A DNA stretch of 64,000 nucleotides. It comes from Camelus ferus (lineage: Eukaryota). This document shows, one piece after another, positions 40,087 to 52,879 of this stretch. Both the position numbers and the translations under genes were made by a program. Location: assembly GCF_009834535.1 (NCBI RefSeq), contig NC_045696.1, positions 77,316,001-77,380,000 on the forward strand, given 5' to 3'. Within the stretch, counting starts at the first letter, position 1. Every line of letters begins with the position of its first letter. Under the pieces are notes generated by a model, which did no database searches, was not told the DNA's origin, and saw only the letters and a program-made list of their open reading frames with translations.

Positions 40087-40487
40087 CTCCTGTAGCGTTT
40101 GCACAACACTAAAATGTCATTTTCAAAAAAATTAGCACATTTAATAATAGGTCTGATTTTCTATAAAAGACTTGGAGAACATTGATCAATTGTCTGTATA
40201 TTTGTATTTGGAACACAAACTTGCTTAAATAATTTAATCGGTGTAACTAACCTGTAGACTAGGCATATAGAATTTGGATGTGCGTGGAGTGTTATATTAA
40301 CATGAATTGATCACAGATATTATAGGTAGTTATAACACCTTTATTTTCACCATCTGAAATTATTCATCAGATGTATTTACTTGATGAACTAGGACTGTAA
40401 CAAGTATCACTTTGTAAGCTAAGTTAATATGTAAAAGTCACATTAAGTAAACAAGGTCATAAAACTGAAACAACGTATGCATGACAT
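40087..40487 (-). pseudogene. Probable exon remnant
   Basis: Acceptor ttttcctag|. The donor appears mutated (GAG|atgagt). Protein-like fragments PCLLNVTFT and VNITLHAHPNSIC. Confidence 0.35.
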
Positions 40488-40599
40488 CTAGGAAAATGTT
40501 ATCTTTATATGTTCAATTGTTATATATCTGTTAGAGAAAAATTTTCTGCTTTCTTAAATATCCTGTTTATTTATTTAAATTTATTTTTGTTTGTTTTTC

Positions 40600-40975
40600 A
40601 TTAAGGGTAATAGTTTTCCAGTTTCCAAAAGTCAAAACAACATAAAATAAACTTGAGAAATCTGGCTGTACCTTTGTCCTATTCATCATGTTTTCCTTCC
40701 CACTACGGAAAATCACTTTTTTTCCCTTTATATCTCTGGATTATTTCTTTACACAGACACAAGTATATATTCTTATTTCCCCTGTGTTACTACATATAAA
40801 AGTAGCATACTCCATATTCTCCACTGTGGTCTCATTTTTTCACTTGACAGTATATTCTGGGGCTCTACTCATACCAATTCATAGATAATTTCTTCACTTT
40901 TTTACAGTTATGTAGTTTTCCATTGTTCAGGTGTACCGTAGTTTATTTAAACAACCTGCTGTTGGTGGATCCTTT
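40600..40975 (-). mobile_element. L1ME-type 3' fragment
   Basis: tttttcacttgacagtatattctgg...ccattgttcaggtgtaccgtagtttatttaa. Confidence 0.6.
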
Positions 40976-41283
40976 CCCTTCTTACTGAGAAGAAAAATCT
41001 GAAATTCTTGTCATGGCTTATAACTGTATATGATCTGTCACTTTCCTATTTCTCTGATCTTATGCCACTTTCCTTCATACCCATTCATCTCCAAGCACAT
41101 CAGCATTTTTTTTTTCATTTTTGAGGTATTTTAAACCAGTGTTTTTCAATCCTCCGTCCACATTTGAAATGCCTAGGGTATTTTAAAATATAATATATAA
41201 ATATCATTTTTCATTTTAAAATATACTAATAGATAAATATGTTATGTTGTTGAATTCAGTTTGCTGATGTTGTATTTAAGAGT

Positions 41284-41745
41284 TTTATTAACTTTCTATT
41301 GCTGCTGTAACAAATGACCACAAAACTAGTGGCTTAAAACAACACCAAATTATTATCTTACAGTTCTGTAGATTAGAAGCCTGACATAGATCTTACAGGG
41401 CTGAAATAAAAATAGCAACAGTGCTGTGTTTCTTCTGGAAACTTTAAAGGGGTATCACTTTTCCTACCTTCTCCATCTCCTAGAAGCCTCTCACATTCCT
41501 TGGCTCCTGGTCCCTTCTTCTACCTTCAAAGCCAGCAACATTTCATCTCTCTGACCGTAACTGGGAAAGATCTCCACTTTGTAGGACCGATGGTGTTAGA
41601 TTCAACTGACCTGGAAAATAATCTCTTTTCAAGGTCCTTAATGACATTTGCAAAATTCCCTTTGCCATGTAAGATAATTTATTCACAGTTTCCGGGGATT
41701 GTGGTGTGGCTATCTTTGGTGGGAGACATTATTCTGACTACCCCA
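41284..41745 (-). mobile_element. MLT1 (MaLR) solo LTR
   Basis: ttctattgctgctgtaacaaatgaccacaaaactagtggcttaaaacaacac...cattattctgactacc. Confidence 0.88.
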
Positions 41746-41949
41746 GGAGTATTTGATTTATATTTCATAAAAGTTTAGTTTGTACTTTTATTTTCTGTGG
41801 TAGGCAGATTTTAGTCTGAAGACTAATCAATCAGGTTAATTGTGGTAGCTTCAGTCTTCTTTATGATTAACTTATCTGCAATACAGTGTATGCCTGATGA
41901 CTTTCACTCTGTTGGAGTTGGTGATGAACTTTTCAAAGCATTATATGGT

Positions 41950-42780
41950 AGTTTATTTAAAAATATACTTTCTGATTGCCTGGGCACCATTGTATTCAAT
42001 ATCTAAACATCTTTACCTTCATGGAGCTGATATTTTTGTGGAAGAAACAGACAATAAATAAGATCAACAAGAAGATAAGTGTTGTGTTATGTAGTGATGC
42101 TGCTAAGGAGGAAAAAATGGTAAGATAAGTTAGAGAGGATTACAATTTTAGGCAGAATGACCAGGGAAGGCTTCTGAAAAGATGACACTTGAGTAGAGTC
42201 CTAATGACTTTGACCATGAGAGAAATGAGCATGAGAGTATCTTGAGGAGATCCTTCTAAGCAGAGGGACTTAGAAATAGTAGAGCAGGAAAGAGTCAAAG
42301 AAATAATGGGGGCATTATTCATTTAGAACTCTGTGGATCAAAGGAATACCCTTATAGTTTACTGTGAGAGAAATGCTTAACATTGGAAGTTTTGAGCAGA
42401 AAAGTGTGGAATGCTTTGATTTAGTTTGACAAGGTGATATTGTCTGCTTTGTGACATTACATTAAAGTTAGACAAGAGTGGAAGCAGAAAAACTTGAAAA
42501 CATTAAATTCAAAAAGATGATCACTTGGATTGGGGGCTATAAATAGAGTCATAAGATATGTTTGAATTTTAGGTATAGTTTGAAGGGAGGGCCAGTTGTT
42601 TACATGTAGGGTATAAGACAAGAGTAGACAAGGATGACCACAAGATCTTTGGTCTGAGAAAATAGACACAGTAGCAAATAATTGTGAGATGGAGAAGACT
42701 GCAGAATAAATACGTCTAGGAAAAAATAACAAAAACTCAGTTTGGGACATGTTAGATTTGAGGTAATATTCAATTCTCTT
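41950..42780 (+). mobile_element. L2 LINE fragment
   Basis: ccttcatggagctgatatt...cagggaaggcttctgaaaagatgacacttgag...ctcagtttgggacatgttagatttgagg. Confidence 0.8.
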
Positions 42781-44649
42781 TAGTCGAAGGTTTAACTAGC
42801 ATCAGGATGAGGGGTTTAGCTTAGAAAAATGGACCTATTGGTCTAGAGTCCTCCTACGAGAAAAATGTTCAAAGTAAACCTAACAATAATAAATAATTAA
42901 CCATGAATGTCTTACTGTTGGGGCTCTGCTTATTTAGTTGCTAGATATTGTCTTAAATTTCAAAATTCCCCCTTGTAAATATCAAGATTTCCTCAGCACA
43001 ATGGTTGATGTGTAGAAAGATCATTTTATCTGTTCTTTAGTCTCTGAAAACAAAGTGGGATTCTTCAGAATACCTAAAGAGAATTTAAGTGTAAAGCAAA
43101 AAGAGTATGGTTTGTTCCAAGAGGAACAAAGGATGTGTAAACTATTCATACCAGATATATTTAAGGATAAACCTGAACTTCAAACCTTGCTTTCATATAT
43201 TCTATCCCCCTTTTCTACCAGAGACTAGCCCTTTTCAAATCTCTACAGCATGAATACTATCTGCTCCCTCTTGATGACTGTATTCCCATCATTACTTTCT
43301 TCCTGGGATCCAGTCTTCTACCTCTCCCTGGGCATTCCATAGGATGCAATATTCTTCAGAAATATAATATCCCATAATTAAGTAATTCCTGAATACAACC
43401 ACAACTGATTACAATATTTAGAAATAGGATTAGCTGAGTAACTGAGACCCAAAATATAATTGCTTAAATAGTATTGTTATTTATTACCCAGGATAAAAAA
43501 GAAGTTACTGGTATGTAAAATAACATGGATGAATCTCAAAACCTTTTTGCTTAGTAAAAAGGGCCAACCACAAAAAAGAACATGTGATGTAATTTCACTT
43601 AAACAAAAACCGAGAGCACTACTCAAAATGGATAATATCTCTAAAGGTAAAATGTAAACATACAAAATTTCAAGAAGAAAATATACACAATAGTTAGTTA
43701 CACAAATCTTATTTTCCTACTTTTCCTATAATGAGTGTTTCAATACATGTTTGCAGTCTCCTTTTTATTAGTTGGTAAGTTTCTTGAGAATAGGAAAACT
43801 TCATCTATGCTTCTCTCATCTTCCACTGGCCTGCCTTATAGATTCTGACACTGATATTGGTGATCGATAAATACTTGTTAGTTGACAGATTAACTTGCTT
43901 TACATACTATGTTTATCCAAGAATATTCCACACTTCTTCTAAAGATGCGAATTTTCTTTCAATTTGGGAATATTATTAAGTACAAAGAAGAGATTAGCTG
44001 TTACATTCGCGACCATTTAGCAAGAGAGCAGAAGGTAGAAGTTAGGTGTTAGTGAAGTATAATTGTAGCTCACAGTGTGAGTGTTAATTGAATGTTACTG
44101 CTAATACCACAGCTATAAAGGTAAAGTCACCTGTTAAGTGTAGAAACAAAGTAATTATGGAAGCCAAAACAGTGAATTAAAACAGGCAGATTATGGAGGG
44201 TCTTGTCAACACATAATCATTTTTTCAAAGAACTAAAATTGAATGTAGTGAGCCCAAGACAATGAGGTAAAATATTCTTGATGTTCAAGTTAACTGTTTT
44301 GAACTTTATATCCAAAGAGAATTTTGGGAGTCAAATGAAGATACAATATTCAATACTGTTGATTCAAGTATTCTAGAACTTGGTTAGTTTTGAAATTGTT
44401 GACTCAAATTTATTTATTTATTTTTTTACTGTTTGTTTTGATAGATCATCTCCTAATGGAGTAAGTTTAATATTCAGAATATAGTTTTCATTGTATTAAT
44501 CACATACTTGTTGGTAAAAATTGAGAAGCTAATGTACAACTTGAAATAATGGACTTCTCCTTAAATAGAAAGTGAGGTAGATGGAGAGAATTTTACCAGT
44601 AGGTAAGAATCATGGAATAAAATCCAGAAAAGTGTATTATTTGTCTTAC

Positions 44650-45067
44650 CGGTTACTTATGAAACTGTGATGACTGTGTACATTGTTTCTGATTTCTATT
44701 TTGTCCACTCTGTTGCTGGGCATACAATGTTTCCAGTGTCTTCATAATTCATAGAGAAGTCAGAGTTAGCCATGGTTTAGCATATGTGGGAGCCGTATTT
44801 ATGGTCATGCTTGAGGAATTTGCCTTCCCAAGCCCATCTGGAAATTCAGTAGGCTTTCTTAACAGTATGACCGTGTAAAGACCTTATTATTACTTGGTAC
44901 CGAAGAGAAGGTTCTCTGCATGTAAAAGCTAGAACCAGGATATCACTAGTGATGGATGTACTGGGTGTAGAAGAGATTGAAACTAACAAATCTCTCTTTG
45001 ATGCTCCATCATCACCCATCTGTCTTTTATTCATTCTTGCTCTTTCTCTGTCTTGCAGCATTAGAAA
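44650..45067 (-). pseudogene. Exon remnant, Ser/Thr-rich (mucin-like)
   Basis: Acceptor aaattcag| and donor CCG|gtaaga. Reads VSISSTPSTSITSDIL and ANSSSMTINTAPT. Confidence 0.5.
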
Positions 45068-45974
45068 CTGAATTTGAGATGGCAATAAAAATGATTATAA
45101 TATAAAGTTATCAAAATAAATAGTTGATGGAATACAGTAGAGGGAAAGTTAGAATAGATCTATTCTAAAGATGGTTGAGAACTAACAAATTTTAATGTGT
45201 GTCACAGTAACCAGAAATACTAATAAGATACTTTCCCCATTAATTCATTTACATCATAGGTATTTTTCATGTATTTATTCCAAGTGATGCTGACTGACTT
45301 GTATTTAGAATGATGCGTTTACATAACTTAATTCATTCAGTAAAGAGGAAAGGTATATGAAAAAAGGGGATAAGGTAGGTGGAAAATTTATAATTTTCTG
45401 TGTTTCAGAACCTCATTTTCCAGAAAATAAAATATTTGTATCATTTTTAGGGCAGGCATTTGAAATCCTCTGGGAGTTATAGCAGCCTATATGCATTTGA
45501 AAGGTTTTTGTGGGTTTTTTTTTAACATTCTTTAAGATAATAGATAAAACTAAATTTAGAAATTTCTGTTTTGAAAGTTAGAATTCTGTAAAGCTCACAA
45601 GTGGAACAAATACTTTGAGTCTAACCCCATCTTTAGATTGAGTCTGTAAAGACCATGAATCTGAATCAAGACTTAATTCCCAGTCCTCACTAGCATGATG
45701 TTTTACATTAATAATGCTAGATAACTGTTGGTTGGTTTAAAATGAAGCAGACTTCTTGTTTAGTTTATTCTCTCATAAATGCATACTTAGCACTGCATAC
45801 AGGTATTTAAAAGTTGTTCCATTTTTTTTTTAGATGGAGAAGTACTTTTATGATCTTAGGTATGGATCTGTCATGAAGGAAACAAGAAGAAAAGGAAGAA
45901 ATTAAACACTTGCATAATGTATAAATACATGTGTGCAAGTGTGTCTTTTAAAAAATTTTTGGTTTGATATACCA

Positions 45975-46460
45975 ATGATAACAAACACCGTTAGTTGCCT
46001 ACCCAATATCCATTCTCCCTATCTTCTACAACTAACAAAATAATAAATTCTTTCAGAGACTCAAGTTGTCCAAAAAAAAACAAAGAAAGAAAATCAACTT
46101 GCATTTTCAGAATGGCTTGCAACTCACGGTCACCATGCAAATCAACTCTAACAAATAAGATAAAAACACAAGCATCATGGATGAACTAGTTAAAAAAATA
46201 AAGGTGGAGTCAGCCAATATGTGCCTTCTGTCCTTCTGCCTCTTATAACCTAGCAGAGTACCAGCCACCTGGCATATGTGAGGAGAGAAGCCAAAGTAGA
46301 GAGACCCTGGGTTCCTGAGGAAGCCAAAATTTAGTTCAAAATTCCAGACCCATACTGTCTACTTCTGGACTTCTTTTACATGAAAATATATACTCCAATT
46401 TGAATAAAGGAATAACAATTTTTTTGTAACCTGTGCCTGAATGCAACCTATATGATATAT
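45975..46460. mobile_element. ERVL-type LTR (LTR33-like)
   Basis: ttgcctacccaatatccattctccct...ctacttctggacttctt. Confidence 0.6.
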
Positions 46461-46859
46461 TAGCTTCTTGCTCAGAAGAGATTTAGGAGCATACAGATAA
46501 ATAAAACTATAAGATAAGTAGTTTGAAAGTGTGAAGAAAAATAATAATACAGGGAAAATGAGGGACATACACATAAGGTTTGTTCAGTAGGGGGTAAAAA
46601 AAGACATAAAGCTTAGTTAGAAGAGGCTCACTAGTTTGGCTTTGAGTTTTCTAGGAGTCAGAACCAAAGTGGAGACATGATCACAGTTCTATGGGCAAAG
46701 GAAATCAATTCTATAGACAAAGCCCAGCTCTTTCTGATACTCTGGTCCTAAAACAGAAAAGATTGAGAAGAGACTAATTATACAGATAATTGTATACTAA
46801 TTATATATATAATCTAGTTTACACTAGGGAACAGTGGGTTTCTTTGAGGGAGTGCTTAC

Positions 46860-47605
46860 CCTATTTTAGGAAAATTTAATCACATTGACCTGATCAAATT
46901 CAGGACAGAGATGTAAGATTTGATGACAGAAAATGAGATGACACAGGGAAACGCATTTGAAAGAAAACTTGGGTGACCCCTTTGCCAGCATTTTCACACA
47001 AGGATAGACTTCTTGGGCACTAGAAAGAAGTTAAAGATCCTGTTGCTGTTGCGCCTGCATTTCAATAGAGTGCCTTACAGACAGACTGTGTGATGGAATT
47101 TCTGGATTCTTCTTTTTTCCGCCTTGGTTTTACTCCTTTTTACAATTTAGCATGATGCATTGAACTAATTAAACTCACTTCAGGTCTGGTAGCTTGTCAA
47201 GATGAGAGATACCTTTATGAAAAAAAATACCTAAAGCATTTGTATTAGATATGCCCTTTCTTACTTCTAAATTCACAGCATTTTGAGTTATAACTAAGAC
47301 AAGATACTTTTGTTTTTCTCTGCCTTAATGAGTGCTCTCCACTACTTGTAGTACACAGGGCTGCACTGTTACCCAATTAGGAGAGTATGTATACAGGATG
47401 CAGGGCTTGTTATCATTATTCTGCACATAATTGAGCCATGCGTCTTCTACCATCATCTTCGTGCTATCTCCCTCAGAGATGCTCATTATCATGCATAGCT
47501 TTTGCTTTCTAGCAGAATTGAGAATGTCCTTTGGGGGTTGAGCCTCAAAGTAACTTGACATCCTCATTAACTTTTATGGCAGCGAAGGTATTGAGTTTCC
47601 TTACA
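46860..47605 (-). pseudogene. Exon remnant, CADG plus SEA-like module
   Basis: Contains the 80-aa ORF 47325-47567 (SSYFEAQPPKDILNSARKQKLCMIMS..DAWLNYVQNN..ILYT), resembling DAG1 'GTYFEVKIPSDTF..KLKLTL..KSWVQFNSN..LMYG'. Downstream are LSLCENAGKGVTQVFFQMRF and PEFDQVNVIK. Acceptor ctcttcag|, donor GGG|gtaagc. Confidence 0.6.
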
Positions 47606-48193
47606 CTGAAGAGTTGTCTCAAATTCCTATCATTTCTTTATTTCTCCCTCAATTCCCTACATACAATCTTACATTTGTTAGGGGATCAGAAAAAATAAGA
47701 AGAAAACCAAAAGAAGTCATCTAGGTTTTTCAGCATATTTTTAGTGTACATCTAAGTAGGAACGGCAATTGTTTTTTTCTCTTATTAACCAAGAGGTAGG
47801 TGTCCTATGAAAACAAACCTTTAATAGTTCACATAACCATTTAGTTTTGTTTTATCTGAGAATTTGAAGTCTGAAAGATGTATTAATGACTACTGAGGTT
47901 ACCCATTTTATTTTGTAGATAAAGTAGCAAGAGCCTAAAAAGAGTAAAAGACTCACCAAAATTAGCAGAAGAAAATTAAAATCACAGGCTATTTTTCTAA
48001 GCCGACTGTGTCTAATGCATGTTAAAGGATGCTAAAGTATTTTAAGTTATGATTATTTAACATTGGTTGGGAAGAAAGAATTGTCCAAATTTAATTCCTT
48101 TCCAGACCATCCTTCAGACCAGATAGATAGATAGATAGATATCTCTGAAAATGGTATTTTTCTGTTACAAATGCATTGTTGGTTCTTCCTCAC

Positions 48194-48761
48194 CTACGGT
48201 ACTGCTTCATAAACTTGTATGGTCATCAGCATCCTACAGTACCTCCATATCATGCCCCTTATTTAGCAAACACATATTGTGCTATTAAATTACTCACTAA
48301 ATATGTATTTTCATTGGGAGACCATTGTGGACAGATTTTTTTCCTTCATCTTGGATTGTGTGTTGGAAAATCTCTGATTAGTGTTTTCCTACCAAAATAC
48401 ATCACCCCTCCTTTGGGCTGGAAGTGTGCTTTTGTAAGTTACTTTATGAGATGCTTATTCATTAGGACCAAAACACTATTCAGAGTGTGTGGTAGAGAAT
48501 TAAGTGGCTGTGGCTTCTAGGAGTGCCAGCGGTGGCATTGAGATGAAGCAGTTGGAAGACTGCTTGACTTAGAAAAAGTCTTTGTAAGCTGATGTATCTC
48601 CTCTAACCACACAGTTAAAAATAATTTTTATAACTGTGGAATAGATAGATATGCAAGTAAACATTTATATCTAACCATATGTCCATTACCTCTATGGAAC
48701 TTGGAGTTTCATGTGTTCCAGTTCAGAGGAGGACTGCATGTATTAAATTATAGGTCATTCT
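48194..48761 (-). pseudogene. Exon remnant with N-terminal CADG-like domain
   Basis: Acceptor acttttag|AG and donor TAG|gtgagg. At 48521-48565 it reads SSLP(frameshift)LHLNATAGT, preceded by RGDTSAYK, resembling DAG1 'ALPSWLHWDSQSHTLEGLP'. Confidence 0.5.
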
Positions 48762-49358
48762 CTAAAAGTAATATTAACATAACACAAATCCTTTTCCTCA
48801 TCCTTGAAGAGCATTAGAAAGGATCAAAAGACTTAATCAACATTATTAAAACGCCTTTATTCCTTTTTCCTTTGATTCTTTAGTTCCCTAAACCCCTCTA
48901 AAGATTCTCACTCTACAAACCACAACAAATCTTCATATTCATGCCATTGCTTATTTTTAAATTTAGTTTAATTTTCTTGACCAATTTTGTCCCCACCAGA
49001 GCCCCTAATCAAATCCATGACGCATGCTCACAGCCAACAAGATGTTAATCCATGAAGCGCTCAGCTGCTGTTTCTGGAAGGAGCAGACACTCTTCCATGC
49101 TTTTCTCACTAGAATGAGCCCTATCTGCCTCTCTCCCCTAGTCTGGTTCTTCAGGAGTTGGAAATATATGATAGCAGACGCTCACATGTCAGTTTTATAA
49201 ATTGTATTTGTCCATATAATCTTTAGTGTTTTTAATTTTAAATGTTTAGAATATAAATATATATATATAATGAAACATAAATAAAAGCACCTGCATTTTC
49301 ATTACCCAGTGATAAATACAGTTAACAGATCATTGTCTTTTTTATTCCAGTTATACGT

Positions 49359-49424
49359 TTATATATATATGTATGTGTGTGTGTGTGTGTATATATATAT
49401 GTATATATATATTCAATATATATA
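49359..49424. repeat. Compound (TA)n(TG)n microsatellite
   Basis: Seen directly. Confidence 0.9.
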
Positions 49425-51289
49425 GTCCAATAACAGGGTTTGGAGTATATTGTTAATATAATTTTCTATCTATCACAGTTATCCTGTGATAATATTTTCT
49501 AAGGACATTTTAAGTGATTCTATAAAAATGTAATTTTTAAAATAATCGTGTTGCATTCTTTTATGTGACTGTACCATACTTTTTAAACCATACTCAGATA
49601 TGTGGACATATATGTGGATAATCCATATTCAGATGAAATGAACTTCAGAAGTTTCCATTTGGTAGAAAGAACAGTCTGATTTCAATACCCGAGAGATTCA
49701 CAAACACTTTTGAAAACTCTTCAGAATCTTCAAAGAACCAAAGATACTTTCAACTCCAAAAGAAAATGTTTAGTGTAAAATGAAACTGGCTTGGGTCCAG
49801 TTAAACATTCTTTTTAAGTTACTTAGAAAGGAAGTCAAGATGTCACTCCTTCTATCCCAATGGAGGAAATAGAAATTTATTAATTTCTAATTTTTAAAAA
49901 TTATATTTTAAGTTCAGCTTACAAAATTCTTTCCCAAATTTTGATTTTATGATAACCATAAGTATATGCTCATCAGAAGATATTTTAAGCTCAGTGTAAT
50001 CATTCAATTACTTCATCAGTCTAATGCAGGCAGTACTTATTTTTCATGGTAATTTTATTCAGTATTTTGCAGTCCAGACACTAAAAACAATTTTTTAAAC
50101 AAGTGAAAATGAAACAGTCAGTGAACAGAGGCTAAATCTGATGGAATTTTTAAGTAAATGTTAACTTCAGTATTCAATTTACTTATTCAATAAGAGGGCA
50201 ATTGACAGATAAAGAGAAAAATGATATGTTTTAATCAGACTCTACATTCATAGTTTAGCCCTGTGACAGAAGATACCAAACAGTGTGGAATAATACTTTT
50301 CTCTTCTCTGAGCCTCTCACCAAAGAAACTTTAGAAGTTGCAAACATTAACCTTTCTAGTAACCTTGGAAAATTGGCACAACCCACACTTCTCAGCTAAG
50401 GAAACTAAGCAACCAAGAGGTTGAAATCATAGTGTAAAATAAATTAGCAACTTAGCAATCATAGCCAAGATAAATCTTGCACTGTCTGATCCCCTTCTTG
50501 GCAAAAGAAAAAAATAGCACTGTTTTGACAATGGTGACACTGATGGAGATCAGTGGTCAATGACCATGGCTACCAGTATTACTCTAATAATGATGATAAT
50601 CTAATAGCAGTCGTGTTCAGAACAAAAGTTATCATTACTGGGAAAGTTTGAGATTTGAAAATCTTCACCAAACTTAATTAAAATGAGGCAATGCTCTTTG
50701 AAAGAAAATTTATATTTCAAAGAAAAGATTTTGTTGAGATTATTCTCCTCAGGGTGAAATAAGGGTAGAGGAGCAAGATAAAAAATGTTATCACTTTCTG
50801 GAAAGCAATCTCATTTATTCTATCTTTATCTACTTACTAGTTTTAAGAGGAGAAAATGGCCTTTTTCCCCGAAAATTTTGACTAGAATTTATGGGTTGAA
50901 CTAAGTGAAATTGCTGTTTTTGTAAGTCAAAGAGTCAAATGTCAGATGTTTCATATGATTTACCTAATGGAAATAACCCTATTTAGTTTCTCACCTTGAA
51001 TAGTGTATTTAGATCTTTTTCTCTTGATCTACTTGCCTTCCCTACTAACCCCCTCAGGCCTATCTATTCTTGCCCTGGTTCCACTTGCTTTTCTCTTCTA
51101 AGATATCCTTACTTTATGTTTGTAGCCAAGAGGGAGACATTTGTAACATTTCTTAGATCATTGCTTGTTGAAATGGAGGCTCTGCATCCCAGGTCTTATT
51201 CTATTAAAATGGGGCACACATGAAATTTCATTAACCAGTAACTAGAGTCATAGCCATATTCCCAGTAGCAGGAGGTTGAAGCTCTTGGT

Positions 51290-51450
51290 AGAATTTTTGG
51301 AATCAGTTATTCCTAGGTATGAATCCCATTTCTAACTTCATAAGCGCTGCAACTCTGGCAAATGAATTAAGTTTCCTAAGTCTCAATTTTCTTACCTGGA
51401 AAATAGGAATGCTAATACTTACTTTAAAGGGAAACTGAATTTTTAATCAT
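51290..51450 (+). mobile_element. MIR SINE
   Basis: ctctggcaaatgaattaagtttcctaagtctcaattttcttacctggaaaataggaat. Confidence 0.7.
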
Positions 51451-51519
51451 GTAATAAATAGTAAATATATATAATATAATTAATACTGTTATATATGTAT
51501 AATAGAATGAACATTTAAG

Positions 51520-52875
51520 TAAGTAAACAGTGGGAGCTGGGTTGCTAATTGTTGTAGTGGGAATTTACAGATATTCAGGAGGAGGTTAGAATGAATGATC
51601 TGTATTATAATGGATTAGAGTTAGAGACTTTAATATACATTCCTGTTTAGCTTAATGTAGATACAAATGGCTACATATAGAATTATCTATAGAAGTATGC
51701 ACATCCACAGGTTAGTACAAAAAGATATATTTCTTTTCCTTTGTCAATTGAGAGGGCCTAGAAATAACAATACCCTAGTAGCAATGAGTGCACCTAGCAT
51801 GCAGATCATGATTTCTAATATTATTTTCCAATAAAAGGCACTATGACTCCTTGGAAAAAATGGTTTATCTAAGGACTGGGCAGGAAATTTGCAAGATAAA
51901 CCTGCAGCACCTTGTAGTGCCATAAAACAAGAGTGCTAAAACCACCACCACCACCACCAAACCTATAATGGTAGAATCTGTCAAGGGGACACAAAAGTCA
52001 ACTGAAGGAGCTCTGAAAGGCAAAGCTGGCACAGTCTGAACAGCCAAATAAAGTAGTATTGGATTACAGCAAAGTACTTATAAATATTCATCAATTCATC
52101 CTGATATAAATTAATTATCGGATAAATAAATGGAAAAGAAGAGACAAATATTCCACATGGAAAAATTCCAAATAATTTATATCAATGTTTCAATCTCAAG
52201 GGTGTGGAGCAATACTCCCATTTAAATGTGGGCTGCACATGTCCTTGCAAGGAGTACAGTGCGGAAAGGTGATAAAAAAGAGTAACTTTACAGTGGAGAA
52301 ACCTGACAACTTCAGCAAGATGATGAAGGTCAACATCAAGAGTGCTGAGTCTTGTTCATAGTGAGAACCTATGACATGACGTGGTGAAAATTGTGCTTTA
52401 CTTCTGTGGTCTTCCTTTCAAAAACACATAGTGCAGTTTAATAATAGTGAAAAAAAAAACCCCAAACAAACCGAAACTCCAGACAATTCTCAGTAGAAGA
52501 ACTTTTTTACAAAGTGCCTGAAGGTAATGCTCAAAGTTGTCAAGGTCATGGAAAATTAGGAAAGTCTGAGAAATTGTGAAAGCAAAGAGTAGCCTAGAAT
52601 ATATGCCAAATATAGTGTTATATCTGGGTTGGGGTCCAGGAATAGAAAAAAAAATAGGTAAAAACTAAGGAAATTTTTAATGAAGTATGTACTTTAGTTA
52701 ATAATGAAGTATGTATTAGTTAACAATAATGCAACAGTATTCATTCACTAATTGTGATAAATGTACCATACAAATGTAAGATACTAATAATAGAAAAAAC
52801 TGAATGTGGGGTATTGACAACTCTTCACATTGTTTTTGTAAATAAAATTTTTTCTAAAGTTTATTAAAATAAAAA
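51520..52875 (+). mobile_element. L1MD/L1MC-type 3'UTR
   Basis: agagggcctagaaataacaataccctagtagcaatgagtgcacctagc...aagagtaactttacagtggagaaacctgacaa, ending A-rich. Confidence 0.85.
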
Positions 52876-52879
52876 CTGG

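Larger units (their letters stand above)
31741..48761 (-). pseudogene. Decayed multi-exon dystroglycan-like gene (CADG/SEA repeats, mucin-like segments, TM, tail); candidate unitary pseudogene
   Basis: Collinear minus-strand segments, most bounded by polypyrimidine-AG and GT(A/G)AG sites. They translate to CADG-like motifs (SYFEAQPPKDIL..KL..DAWLNY; SLP./LHLNATAGT; NRPPRV; VKDSGGL) and SEA-like motifs. A hydrophobic stretch is followed by CVRRK. There are many stops and frameshifts. Homology was judged from memory of DAG1. Confidence 0.62.

Noticed and set aside
48176..48520. 114-aa plus-strand ORF
   Set aside because: It is antisense to the fossil exon and has no recognisable product.
31741..48761. 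Calling the locus DAG1 itself or a DAG1 retrocopy
   Set aside because: It is too divergent, has many introns and extra modules, and is disabled.
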